DNA of 64,000 nucleotides from Entomortierella parvispora E1425 (Eukaryota > Fungi > Mortierellomycota). Shown one piece after another: positions 1 through 14,906 of the stretch. The position numbers and the translations under genes are program-made. The stretch covers positions 496,001-560,000 of the forward strand of contig BQFW01000005.1 in NCBI GenBank assembly GCA_020891255.1, given 5' to 3'. Position 1 is the first letter of the stretch, and every line of letters begins with the position of its first letter. Under the pieces are notes generated by a model, which made no database searches, had not been told where the DNA came from, and saw only the letters and a list, made by a program, of their open reading frames with translations.

Positions 1-2
1 CC

Positions 3-263
3 AAGTACAACAGCACTGCTCACAAAAAACCATCCACGAAAGAGGATGTTGAGCTTGTCAGAGACAATCTCCAGTTCTGTGGAATCCTTTGGGCATCCAA
101 GCAAGACACTCGGCCTTCTCCATCCGTGGTAGTTGACCTTCAAACTGTTGGCGCGCACAAAATGGCAGAGAGTGCTATAGCATGTTTTCTCAGAAAAAGC
201 GATAGCTACGATACTGTGGATATGGAGGAAGTCGAGGCCAACGACCATGTTGTAGCTGAATGA
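3..263 (+). CDS. 3' end of a gene running in from the left edge; putative Academ-type transposase C-terminus
   Basis: Read by hand: stop-free frame from nt 3 to TGA at 261-263 (KYNSTAHKKPSTKEDVELVRDNLQFCGILW...DHVVAE*), not in the ORF track. It converges on the RecQ-like helicase. The H-x-x-P-x(4)-D-V-x-L-V-x-x-x-L pattern resembles C-termini of fungal Academ/DUF6589-type proteins as I recall them (weak). Confidence 0.4.
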   Translation, partial: KYNSTAHKKPSTKEDVELVRDNLQFCGILWASKQDTRPSPSVVVDLQTVGAHKMAESAIACFLRKSDSYDTVDMEEVEANDHVVAE

Positions 264-429
264 TATTTTATGACAATAATAATACTAACTAAAGAAGAAT
301 GAATGAATGGGACCTGGGCTCGTGCGATGTTAAATGGCCCGGCCGGCTGTAAATGTTTGGTTGTGCAGGGTCATCAGATGCAAGCAGTGACTCCATCTCC
401 TTGTCATCTTGGCTCGGTCAATTGATGGG

Positions 430-3338
430 CTATTCTTCGACTACCAAGGAATTTTGATCATTTTTCGTACTTTCTATCTCGCCCAGGGCTTTCGCCACAA
501 CCTCAGCGATCATTTCAAAATGATCGCAATCCACTGGCACAAAATCACAGCTGTCAGCTATCAACCTCACCATTTCAGTAGTGGTGGCCGCAAAGAGCTT
601 GTAGCACAACCTTGCGAGTACTTTATCGGGCAAAACGCAAAGCTCGAAGTCCACGAAGGACACTTCTTCTCCTGTCCATTTTTTGCACTCGTTCTTCCTC
701 CACTCCAATAACCTGTTCCTCCCTACATCCTGATCTTTGTCCGCGCTCTTCCCCTTTGGTATAGTCAGTTCGGGCCCAATTTGACCAGTAAGTTCGGTCG
801 TCTTGCGGCGACAAGACTCACCGAGACATACATCACAACATTTGGTACGAGAGGATATTTTGTTCCCTAGATATTCATCCACCACATGCCACCGACATTT
901 CCTCCGACTGTTGTCCTTGTCCTTTTCCTTGTCCTTTTCCTTGTCCTTGTCCTTGTCAATTGGGGGGGCAACGAAATTTAAGATGTCAGGTCTCTTGTTG
1001 TATTTCCTGCTGGTAGTTGGAGGCGCCAAGAGGATCCCAAAGCCTTTAGTTCCAGGACCCCTCGCTGCTCGACCGAACCTCTGCACAAGACTCGTCAAAT
1101 CGTGAGGCAGACTTCATATCATTGAAAATATCTTGAAGTAAGTAAGATCGTCTCTCATTTCATCCGCATTGTCCAACCTTAGTTACGTTTCAACTTACTC
1201 ATATTGGAACACAGTGATAACATCTGAGATATCGCATCCCATGCCGCAGGCATCAGTAGCCAACAGGACATCAATCTCGCTATTAATGAACTTGAGCAGG
1301 ACTTTATCCTTGGAAGAACTAAGGCGGGTTGAGAAAAATGCGTCCATTCGCAGATCAGGCCTCAATGGCCTTAACTTGTCCTGTACATCTCTGAGAAGTG
1401 CGATGCTGTCAAAATAGACAATCGTCTTTGTATTGTCCAGCAACTTCGCCAGTTGTCTGACTCGATTCCTTAGTGAAAAGGTATGAACTTCGAGCTGGAT
1501 GTTATCACGAATGTCATCCACACGAATGACATGAACGGTGGACGAGGCGAGAAAGACGCTATTCTTGATTTCCTGGAGCGAATCGGGTGGGAGGGTTGCA
1601 GTCAGGCCTACGATCGGCACCCCAGGTACCTTACCACGCAATGATCCAATTTGCGAATAATACGGCCGAAAATCTTTCCATTTATCTACACAGTGGACTT
1701 CATCTACGACGATGGAGCATAGTTGACTTTTCCAATACTTATTGTTCCAAAGGTCCTGAACCTTGCATGCAGTAGATCCTTTCCCGAAAATGACTTCTGG
1801 CGACATGAACACAGCTCTGTAATGTCCCTCCTTAACTAATTTAATGTCACTGTCGTTAACTCGATTGCCGTTGTAGGTCGAGAGTAGCAAACAAGTGACA
1901 TCCTTTTCTTTGAGTTTCTAGAGTATTAACACAGGGTCGCATTGCGCGATATGTTAGAAAAAAGTATACCTGTTAGACTGGTATATTGTATGCTGGCATA
2001 CCTTTATCTGATCCTGCATCAGGGCAATCAACGGCGAAATGACGACCGTAATCTTGTCCTTCCACATCACCATTGGCAGAGAAAATACAAGTGTTTTTCC
2101 CCACCCGCAGGGCGCAAGCAGTAAGCAATCCTGCTTGTTGTATATATGTTTGACAACACGAAGCTGCTCCTCCTTTGGTGAGTGATGAAAACGCTTTCGG
2201 CAAGCTTGAATAGCCTCTTTACATAATGGATCCTGCAGTATGAAGATTACAGACATATATGCATTTTAATGTGAGAGTTAATGCAAGTCCAGAACATCGC
2301 CATTTCATAATTAAACTCGACTTACCTGGACATCACTCTCGTCTTCGCGTTCATCGCTTTTTTGTATAAACGGTAAAGGTTGGCTAAGAACCGCATTTGA
2401 TGGTGACGAGAATGACTGCAACGGAGAGCCGACAGAATTGGCGGGTGAAGAAGGAGCTGATGACGATGGCTGCATCGATGACCACTTTTTCCTCAAAGGG
2501 GTTCTTACATAATAGTTATCAGAACCCCACGTCATGATTGGTTCTCCATCAGTGTTATCACAGAAAGGATCGAACGTCAACTCCTCCGACGCATTGCTGG
2601 GTCGCGGCGATTCTTCTCCAACATTGGATCGCGTCAAATTCTCTCCAACATTGAGTCGTGGCGGTTCTTCTCCAGTGATGGGTGGCGTCGAATTTTTTCC
2701 AATGTTGAATTGCGTTGATCCTCCAATGTACGCAGCCTGAGAAGTCGGAGAAAGAGCCTGTGCCTCCATGACAAAGGGTAAAGGTTGGGCCATATCGGTA
2801 GCACCAGAACCATTGGTAGTTCCCTAATCGATATGAATGGGAGGAGGTGGATACATCTGTTAGAAAAGAAAACGCGAGCAGCACATATTTTTTAACGATT
2901 TTTTTCATACTTGGTTGGCCACAATTGGTGACTGTATGAATCTTGGCGTTTGTAAGGTTTGTGAGGTGCGCGGGGTTCGTGGAGTTCGTGGTGCTCGTGG
3001 TGCTCGTGGGGTTTGTGTTGTTTGCGGGGTTCGCGGAGGAGCACCTGGGGAATCAAGACGAAATCGTCCCTCACCCTATTGTAAATCACAGAGTTAGAAG
3101 AGGCCACACCAGGAAGAGGCCACCAGGCACCACATCAAGCTACTCACCTTGGTGCTACGCGATCTTCTCGGCGTTCCCGGGATATCTTGATCAGATTTGC
3201 TAAGAGCATCATGACTACAACAGAAAATATGAAGAGATGAAGAAAAATAGAGCAGATGGACGCGTGGGCGACTCTGAGCATCATGGACACCCGAGACGCG
3301 TCTCCTCACCTCTGCTCGATTGGTCTTTTGCTTGCCAT
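430..3338 (-). CDS. RecQ-like superfamily II helicase with disordered N-terminus (six exons), transposon-associated type
   Basis: Motifs: Walker A APCGWGKT, ISPLIALMQDQ, SPE, DEVHC, GLTATL, LLATDACGMGCD, QRFGRAAR, and a C-terminal CR...CCDVC Zn module. Spliced by hand with GT-AG introns that keep the frame: MASKRPIEQS|HDAL...STK|GEGRF...VANQ|GTTNG...SDVQ|DPLCKE...QDQIK|KLKEK...VFQYD|LPHDLTSLVQRFG. The last two introns are 1918-2001 and 1112-1198. That splice path has six junctions, so seven coding segments if every one is real. Confidence 0.85.
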
Positions 3339-3645
3339 CTTTGTCATTTAATCAGATGAAGGGTATAAAGAAGAGGTGGCAGGAGCTGAATGCAAGATCG
3401 GAACGCGGGGTTTATGAAAGAAAGTGGTGGCATTGAAAATGAAAAAATGGAAGAAATTAACCCCATTCAAGCCGGGCGACGAGCGATGGCATGGCTGCAT
3501 GGCTGGCATTACTCTCACTATTTTATTATTATTAGAGTGAATTTATTTAAAGTTTTTAAATTACACTATTTATCAGAGAATTTTTTTTCCTTTTTTGGAC
3601 GAAAAAATTATTTTGGGTCATCCATAGGAAAGGGTGAGATTTGCG

Positions 3646-3688
3646 CCCAGCCCCTCTGAAGTGAAGGAGTGAGCAAAGAGGGGCTGGG
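3646..3688. repeat. 12-bp perfect inverted repeat (hairpin, 19-nt loop)
   Basis: CCCAGCCCCTCT (3646-3657) and AGAGGGGCTGGG (3677-3688). Confidence 0.85.
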
Positions 3689-3848
3689 TTCAGAGCTTCT
3701 ATGAGTGCTTTAAATTTTTGGTGGCGCACACCCACTGGTTCCAACGCTGACACGTTGCAGATGACACGAGCGGTGCAGTATCTTTCCCTTTTTTTTTCTT
3801 CTTTCTCTGTTTTCCTTTCTTAATCTTTCCACCCCTCCTACCAAGAAC

Positions 3849-4617
3849 ATGATCTCAAGAAACGTACGCTTGATGTCGCCCATTATCCGACCATCTTACA
3901 TCACAGACTAAACCCAGCGTTTCACTTATAGTACCTAAACAACGGCCTGAGGGTTCTCACAATGGTCATTGGAGTGCTCGGACTCTACAAAAGCTGGGGC
4001 CTATATGCAAACTGTGAGTCCCCTCTTGTCGTCGTACTAAGGTATTCTCCTCAAAGTATCATCGTTCTTTTGACATTGTGCAATCTACTCGATCCCGATC
4101 TAACGTTTTCTTTTTTTTTTTAAAAAAAAAAAGCGAGAGCATGGAACCAGCATTTGCAAGAGGAGACATCTTGCTACTAAGCAACCCCAGAACGGCCATC
4201 GACATTGGAGAGATTGTTGTTTTCAAAGTCCCAGGACGTGAAATCCCTATCGTACACCGTGTTCTCAACCGTCATGACTCGTAAGTTTCTGTCTCTGTTC
4301 TGTTTGTCAATGCGCCACAAATCTCCAAATTTTGCTCATGCTCTTCTCATTTTATAAACGAAAACAAAAGTGGGTCGGAACCAGGGAGGCAATTGCTTCT
4401 CACCAAAGGCGATCATAACGCTGCCCATGACCGGCAAATATACCAGGAACTCCCTCAAAACAGAGACAAGATGTGGGTCGCAGAAGACGAGATCGTAGGT
4501 CGCGTTCAGGGACACATTCCTTATTTGGGCTACGTTACCGTGGCCATGGCTGATTACCCGCGGGTGAAATACGCACTCCTAGCAATTGCGGGCCTAGTGG
4601 CGTTTTTCTACGACTAG
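3849..4617 (+). CDS. SEC11: Signal peptidase complex catalytic subunit SEC11-like (S26B), four exons
   Basis: Spliced product ...[10 protein letters not shown]|[13 protein letters not shown]...EIPIVHRV...LLTKGDHN...[16 protein letters not shown]; catalytic Ser and His present. The first exon/start is tentative. Confidence 0.85.
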
Positions 4618-4683
4618 GGTGGCATTCTCAAATTGTTGGGAAATAAAACGAATCAAAATAAGATCATCTAAAATCCTTGGTGT

Positions 4684-6692
4684 TTATTCCATGCGATGCT
4701 TGCCCGCACTATCCGTGACCTGAAAGTCATCTGGAGGATCAATCATCTTGTGACCAAAGATCGTTACGCGTTCTCTCTGGAGTACTTCGTGCATGTTCTT
4801 GCGCCACTGCTCGCCAAAGACCTTTTCAGAGAACCGCTCCTGGACACTGTCACGAGCACGGCGCTGCATCTCCACCAGAGTTGAGTCGTCAGCTGACAAA
4901 ACCTTTTCCATCGCATCCGCAAACTCTTTGGGCGTCGTAGCCAAATAACCCGTGGGTTCGTTGTTGTAAGGTCGAACAATATCCATCTTTGGTCCCGCAG
5001 AGTTGTGGGCCACGGGGATCAGGCCAGCAGCCTATAGTCGTAGCAAAAAAGGCAAAGCAACATTCGTCAGTGATCAATCTGGTAGCAGGGCCATGTGAGT
5101 ATTAAGGATGCGTTTCTCCCACTTTACCATATATTCTACAACACCAATTCCAAAATGCTCATCCAACATGGCATGGATGCCAATTTTGGAACGAGCAAGC
5201 CATGCTTGGAGGTCGCTGAATGGGGCATTGATGACAAATGTGACATTATCCTATGGAGTAGAAAGTTCGCTTCAGACGTCAGAAAAACAATCCAGAGCCA
5301 GATAAAAAACAAGACAATAAGAGATAATGCCTTTACCGAGATACCGAGTTCAATGCTCTTGTCCTTCAGTTCCTGAATCCTGGCTTCATCTCCAGCGTTT
5401 CTAGCACTACCAACCATGACCAGTTGCACACCCTTGGCATTTGGCGTCTCTCCCTTCCTTGCCTGACGGTATTCAGGGTGATCTTTGAGTAATTGAGCAA
5501 TTGCCTCCAACTGCAGTCCATGTCCCTTTTCGGGTCTGAATTGCGCCACGCTAACAATGATTCTCTCACGACCCCGGAGAGGGGAATCCTTGAAAGCCTC
5601 GGTGTCACAAGGTGGATACACGACGGCTGATTTGATACCCCAGAGGGAATCAATATGACCTTTTGTCCACGAGGAGTTGACCATGACAATGTGAGCAAAG
5701 CTACCAACAACTGAATAAACGAGCGCAAAGATCTTGTAGTAAATCAGCTTCAAGTGAGTGAAGATGGGACTCTTGGCGACATGGTCGGAATTGTTGTGAG
5801 AACTCTCCCGACTGGCCACACGTCCAATCATGTCCGAGCTGATAGTTGGGTAGTGAACATAAGCCGCCACTTGGCATCCTCCGAAAAGTCTAGCTGCTGG
5901 GTAGGTGAAGGCGTATCCCATGGTATCTAAAGTTGCAAATTACAGTCAGTCTTCGATTCATCTTGCGTATAATGGGAGAAGGTAGGCATATCCAATCTTT
6001 ACCGATCCAGATGTCAGGTACAACCAAGCGAAGAGCCTCCCAACCGAGGATCAAGGAACCGAAACTCTGACCGATCAATGTAAACCGAGGCCATTTCGCG
6101 CCCTCGACCCAGATACGTTTCTGAAGGAAGCGGAAACCTACGCGGGATGGATCCAGCTCAATGCTGAATCGAGATCGGACCTTTTCCAAGATCTGCTCCT
6201 TATTCGCGTCCGTGTCGCCCGTGTAGACGATTGAGATGACGCCTGGATAGCTTTCCTGAATGTCCCTGATTGCCGTCCATAATACACGTTCACCACCGCC
6301 CCCAGCATTGCTATTTTTGTCGAGTGAAAAATTTGGTCAGAGGGTTGTGGGGAGACGCGGAGGAGCAGAAAAAAGACACGATTTTGTGTCGATATATACC
6401 AATAGGGGTGGAAAAAACCTGCAATCATGTAGGGTTCATCTTCCTTCTCGCCTTGGTCCTTGTCCGCGCCTGCACTGACAGGGGTCTTTTCTTTGGAAGG
6501 TTTTGGCGAGTTTTCTCGTGCCACCTTCATCTCGTCGAAGACTGCATCTCTGTTAGCCTTCCATCCATTAAGAATCTTGGAGCTAAAGTAAGCCATGACT
6601 ACGACGTAGGTGATCAGGACAGCCGAGAACGTAATGGCTACGAGCACAAGAAGTCCCATCACGATGGTGTGTGTCCATCCTTGAAGGGCCAT
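4684..6692 (-). CDS. ALG11: GDP-Man:Man3GlcNAc2-PP-Dol alpha-1,2-mannosyltransferase (multi-exon)
   Basis: AGFFHPYCNAGGGGERVLW, FTLIGQSFGS, DTMGYAFTYP, YVHYPTISSDM, SVAQFRPEKGH, AHNSAGPKMDIV motifs across the ORFs 6138-6692, 5890-6189, 5136-5921 and 4684-5013. Confidence 0.95.
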
Positions 6693-6778
6693 GATGAGGA
6701 GAGAAGGAGGGTTACGACAGGTTGGACCAGAAGCTGCAACGTGGAAGTCGAATGGGCAAATTAAGGGGTACTTTCACT

Positions 6779-7669
6779 TTATTGGCCGTCTTTGTCACCA
6801 GCCGTTGCCTGCTGGACAATCTTTGGAAGCCATCGTTCCTCTGGTATGCTTCGGGCCCAATCTGGAGCAGGTAAAGAGAAGGAGCTCATGACCTGGGCAA
6901 TTGTCTTCAGGTCTTCGTCCGGGATCTTCTCAGCAGCGGCGTCGTTTTGTTCGATTTCAATCTCAATGGCGGAAGGTATGACAGGTACAGGTATATTTCC
7001 GTTCTGTAGAGGTGAGTGCAGATATCCATCATACCCTTGGCCATCGTCGTCATCGTCGTTGACACTCTCTTCACCAAGGCTGCGACTTGAATCCTGATCA
7101 CTTCCTTCGCCCCTTCTCCTACTCGGATGAGATGCCCCTGCCGACTCCTCGACCTCGCTCTGCATAGTATAATATGCGTCTTGACCTCTATCTTCCTCCT
7201 CTTCCTCCCCGTCAATATCGTCACCATCATCGCCCTGGTCCAAGGGTATATAACCAATTGGCTGAGCATCATATTCTTCATCCTCATCTTCGTCATCTTG
7301 CTGCATGTCTAAGCGGCCTGAAGTCTCCTCGCTATCGTGCATCTCCATATCTTCAGAGGAGTTGCCCCTCCGATCATGTGTGTGGTCGTGATATTCATTG
7401 ATTTGAGATGCTGACATGGCTTGTCCTTGCTGCCGCTGCTGTTCAAGTCGCTCAATAATTTGGAATGCGGCCGGAACTATCGAAGGAATAAGACAATTCA
7501 AGGGTCAGCCTTTTAGAATAACGTGAACAAAAAAACTCATCATTCGTAGTTGCATACCTCGGTCTAGATGCTCATCCATGTCGAGCTCTTCCAGCATCCT
7601 GTCTACAGCATCGAGCTGTTCCTGACTGACCTCATAGTCAATGTCATCTCCTTGTTCCTGTCGTAGCAT
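6779..7669 (-). CDS. MEA1 (male-enhanced antigen 1)-like acidic protein, two exons
   Basis: Acidic disordered body with C-terminal IPDEDLKTIAQVMSSFSLPAPDWARSIPEERW, which resembles the MEA1 motif (M.gvsLP...PaWAreIsd.qW). Exon 1 starts MLRQEQGDDIDY at 7669, with a GTATGC donor and a TAG acceptor. Confidence 0.6.
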
Positions 7670-7954
7670 GGTAGTCGTGTGAAAGTGTGGGTCATGCAAT
7701 GAAGCTGGCCAGAAAAAGAAATGGTGGCGCGATGGATCACGTGCAATTTCTCGACCACTGGTGCCCCTGCCGGTTCTCCTGCCCCCGATACCGCTCATCC
7801 TGGCGCTGTTCTGAAGTTTATATCTTTTATTCCAAACGACAAAAAAAATGGCGATGTGTTTACCGACCGGGTATTTAACAAATGAAATAAGAAAACAAAT
7901 GACGAGTGAAGAATATGTTAAGATGTACGGGTGAGAGGTTGATTAGCCCGTAAT

Positions 7955-9419
<1,465 letters not shown>

Positions 9420-9834
9420 GGCTGTGGGGTATGGGTGGGGGATGAGGTGATGAGAATGAGAGAAAGAAGGTGGAAAAGATGATGATGGAAGGCAAAGAAA
9501 TAGCCTGTTGACTGAGAACAAGATAAGAGCAGCCGCGGCCTGCGATTGGACAGATCGCTGAAAAGAAGACAGGGACCCCAGTCGGTGGCCGCTGGTCGTG
9601 TCTGAGGCCCTGGGCCTGGAAATGAAATTCCCTTTCTTTATTTTTAGCCAGGTCTTGCAGAGCTTTGTGCTGAAGACTTGGATCTCCTCCCAGCTACTCA
9701 CCCTCCGAAGGTCCGAAATTCACTCATCGTAGCAAGTTGTTCTTGTAGGTATTGTTTTTTCTTTCATTTTTTTTTATTTTTTATTCCATTGGTACATGAA
9801 AGAAACCAGGTCGGTCCTATGTGGCTTTTCTCGT

Positions 9835-11654
<1,820 letters not shown>

Positions 11655-12530
11655 ATCGCTTGGGGGAAGTTGCTAGTCTGATGTGGGTGGCGGCGGTTGT
11701 AGTCGAAGTTCGAATTGTTGGCTGTGCTGAATGAAGAGATGTAAACTTGAGGAAGGAATGCGTTGTGTTGCGTGTCTCTGCTGCGTGTCCATCGTGAAGT
11801 GCATCTGTTGGACGCGCAAGGCTGAAATGAGAATCGAAAACGTAGCCGGAAATATTCTTATCGCATAATTAACGATATCACGTGCTCAGGACTTTTGCCT
11901 TGACGGCCTCCAAAAAAAAAAAAAAAAAAAAAAAAAAAAACACTCACGACATGGAGTCCGGCAGTATCATGACGAACAGCTTGAGCATAGACGGTTGTAT
12001 GAGAGCTATTCAAACTGTGTGTCAAAGTCACTCGTGAAGTTGGATTGTTGATCTGATATGACACCATGGCGATCCATGCATGCACTCCTGAGGAACAAGA
12101 GACCACAGTGAAGATTTGCAAACAAAAATTGATCGACATCGCAAACCTCGGCTGAGCAACAAAAGGTCCAAGAAGAGGGCACGACAAAGGTGCACGGGTC
12201 TGCGGTCCAAGAAAACCGAAAGCAAAGCAGGGCCCAGGAGCCTGTTTCTTTCAGGTAACATCAGTCGGGGGTCGAAATAAACATTGTTTTTACTGTTGAC
12301 TTCACCACCTAGTTCGTGACAACGATCCACGTTCTTCAGCTCTTCAGATGTGAGGGCAGAGGGGACACGCATGTTGGATTACACCCCCCCTCACTTTTTC
12401 AGGTTGAGCAAAAGGCGGAGGGAAAGATCCCCTTTCCTCTTTTTTTTTTCTTCTTTCCTTGTCCTCACTCTCACGCCCTCATCTTCTCTGAAGCTGGTCA
12501 ACTCTCTTTCAACTCACTCTCACCACCACA

Positions 12531-13917
12531 ATGGAGGCAGATACTGGAGATAACTCCCAGCCCGCACTCTTGGCCTTGTTGTGTCTGGGAATTCACCTTG
12601 TATACTTTTTTCTTATCAAGACCTATGTCCCCTCAATCAACAAGGACCGTCGAAGGCTCTCTTGGATCTTAACACTTGTAACTGCCATCGTCGTGTCGTG
12701 CGGAGGATACTACGTCCTTTTCATGCATGTTCGTACTACTCTCTCAAGGCCAATTCTGTATGAAGAGTACAGTCATACTCCTGGGGTAGGTTTCTATCGG
12801 TACGATATCGCCTATTCTCCAGCAGCTTTCCGGAAACTCTTGGCTGTGGGGCCTTTGCAGCATTTGGAGGTGCAAGACAATGGGGACGGAGGAATACAGG
12901 ACCATGTTTCGCTAGCGGAAGCTAGAATCGCATTTTATAAGACGTACGACCGTGCCCATGCAGCAAAGCCGTGGTATCGTCGGGCGATCTTTTTTGATAC
13001 TCGATTCCAACCCGCGGACAGTTCAGCGGGACTTTTTTTCACAATCTTCTTCGCCATGTACCTGGTGACCGATATTCTTTGTGGCACCCGTTACTACAAG
13101 GAGAGAATCACTTTTTTAGCGGGATGGGTGCACCACATTGGTTACCTCATCGTAGCCTACTATACGGTTGTCATTGCCAAGGAAGCCCATAGCTTTTCTG
13201 CGTACCTGATGATAGAGGGTAGGTACTCGTGTCTATCCAAACTGCTTGGGCAACCAAAGCGAATTACCAACTCTTTTTTTTTTGTGCTTGCCCTATGTCT
13301 CCTCTACATTTCAATCAGTCCCAACCGTGTTCATTGGGTTGGGGTTCGTCGACAGGCGCCTTAGGAACGATATGCTCTTTGGCACAGTCTATGTTTTCTT
13401 TCGGATCCTTTTTGACTTTTCTCTTACACACGAATATATCTTTGGACGACCCGACATGCACTTGGTGTCCAAGATTATTATCTGCTCAAAGTCTCTTTTG
13501 CACATCCAGTTCTTTTCTGATTGGGTTAAGCAACAGAGGAGACTTCGAAAAAAAGCATCCTTGCACGCTGTCACTGCGGAGTCTTGCGAATCCCTCATGC
13601 TCGATACCAAGGACGCGTCTTATTTGGAAAAGTCAACTTTCTGCATGAGTGACGTCGACCAGCAGAATGAACCGATCCCCATTTCAGCGCAGAGAATCCC
13701 AGTGGCGCAATATAGAAGGCGCGAGCAAGGCGAAGTGCCTAACAAAGAGGCGGTGGCGATAGATTCGTTAGCTCAAAGGACAAAGTCCGGGAGGGGTGTT
13801 GAGTCCACTACGACACGTCAGCGCGTCGCGAGCAAACAGTCCGCGGGAGCAGGTAGTGCAGCCTCGATTCGGATAACGGAGGGTATCATTCTCCAACACC
13901 CTGTTTCTATGAGATAG
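12531..13917 (+). CDS. TLC (TRAM/LAG1/CLN8)-domain membrane protein, copy 1 (intron 13219-13318)
   Basis: Multi-TM protein with YLVTDILCG, GWVHHIGY, IE|VPTVFIGLG and FRILF motifs typical of TLCD4/TMEM56-like proteins. Confidence 0.75.
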
Positions 13918-14906
13918 ATGTTGAGATTCCAAGGGAAAACGTAGACTTCGATGTAATACCACCTTCCTATCAAGTCAAGGTCCAACTTTCTCACAATAAT
14001 AATAGCAGTATTATTATAACCCATTTTTTTTTGTTTGAAAAAAGAAATCTTGGCGTCAAGAGAGCAGCTCAAATCGTAGGGGAGATAAGGAAGTTCTGTC
14101 GCTCTGGCATGTGGGTTGAGCTCTGTAGTTGCTTGTCAACTTGCGGCGGTATGGTCATTTTCGGATGCAGAGGATGACATCCCCCGTCGCCGGTCGTTCA
14201 TTGACGGTTCCGGGCATTCTCAATTTTATAACTGGTGGGTTGGTGTGGTCTACTCTCTTACCTCTCTTACGGGCAGTAAAAAGGAAGAGTCTCTTATGGC
14301 GCAGTCTTTTTGGCGCATGGCAATGTGAGGGATTGTAGGTAGCTCAGAAAGTCAGATCGCCATTCCTTGACGACAGGCGTGTCAGACTGTTTAGATAAAT
14401 CCCTTGCACCCCTCTTCACTTCAGCCGATCGCTCCTTTTGTTCAACCTCTAAGCGAGGTAGACTTTCAAACTGTGGTTTAGCCATTGTCGTGGATAAAGG
14501 CGATAAGAGTCTGCACATCTTACCCCTGCCTTGAAATCGTTGACGAGATCAAACCATCCTTGGATGAAGCCCCTCACTCCCTTAAGTTGAATGTATCGCG
14601 CTGGAGACTTGAATTTCTATAATCATACTACTTCTGAAATCTTGCTTTTTCTCTGCCCTCCCCTTGAGCCACAGCATGCACGTCGAACTATGCACGACTG
14701 GCAACAAAAGGGGTTCACAATGCTTCCATGTTGACATATGTTTATTGAAAAATATCTTTCAAAATTGAGCAAGTCAAGGACAAACTTCCGAACACCATAT
14801 TGACTATCTTCGCCATTCTTGTGTTCGCTCCTCTCTTCCTGCAATGAGCTTTCAGCTTCAAAAGTAATCTCCATTCCCACAATTTTTTTTTCTCGCTCTT
14901 GACACA

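Larger units (their letters stand above)
1..3752. mobile_element. Putative AcademH-like DNA transposon, right part; terminus uncertain
   Basis: Stand-alone RecQ-like helicase convergent with a second ORF, followed by an AT-rich stretch with a 12-bp inverted repeat before host gene SEC11. The end at 3752 (...CCAACGCTGACA) is a guess; the other end lies outside the window. Confidence 0.5.
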
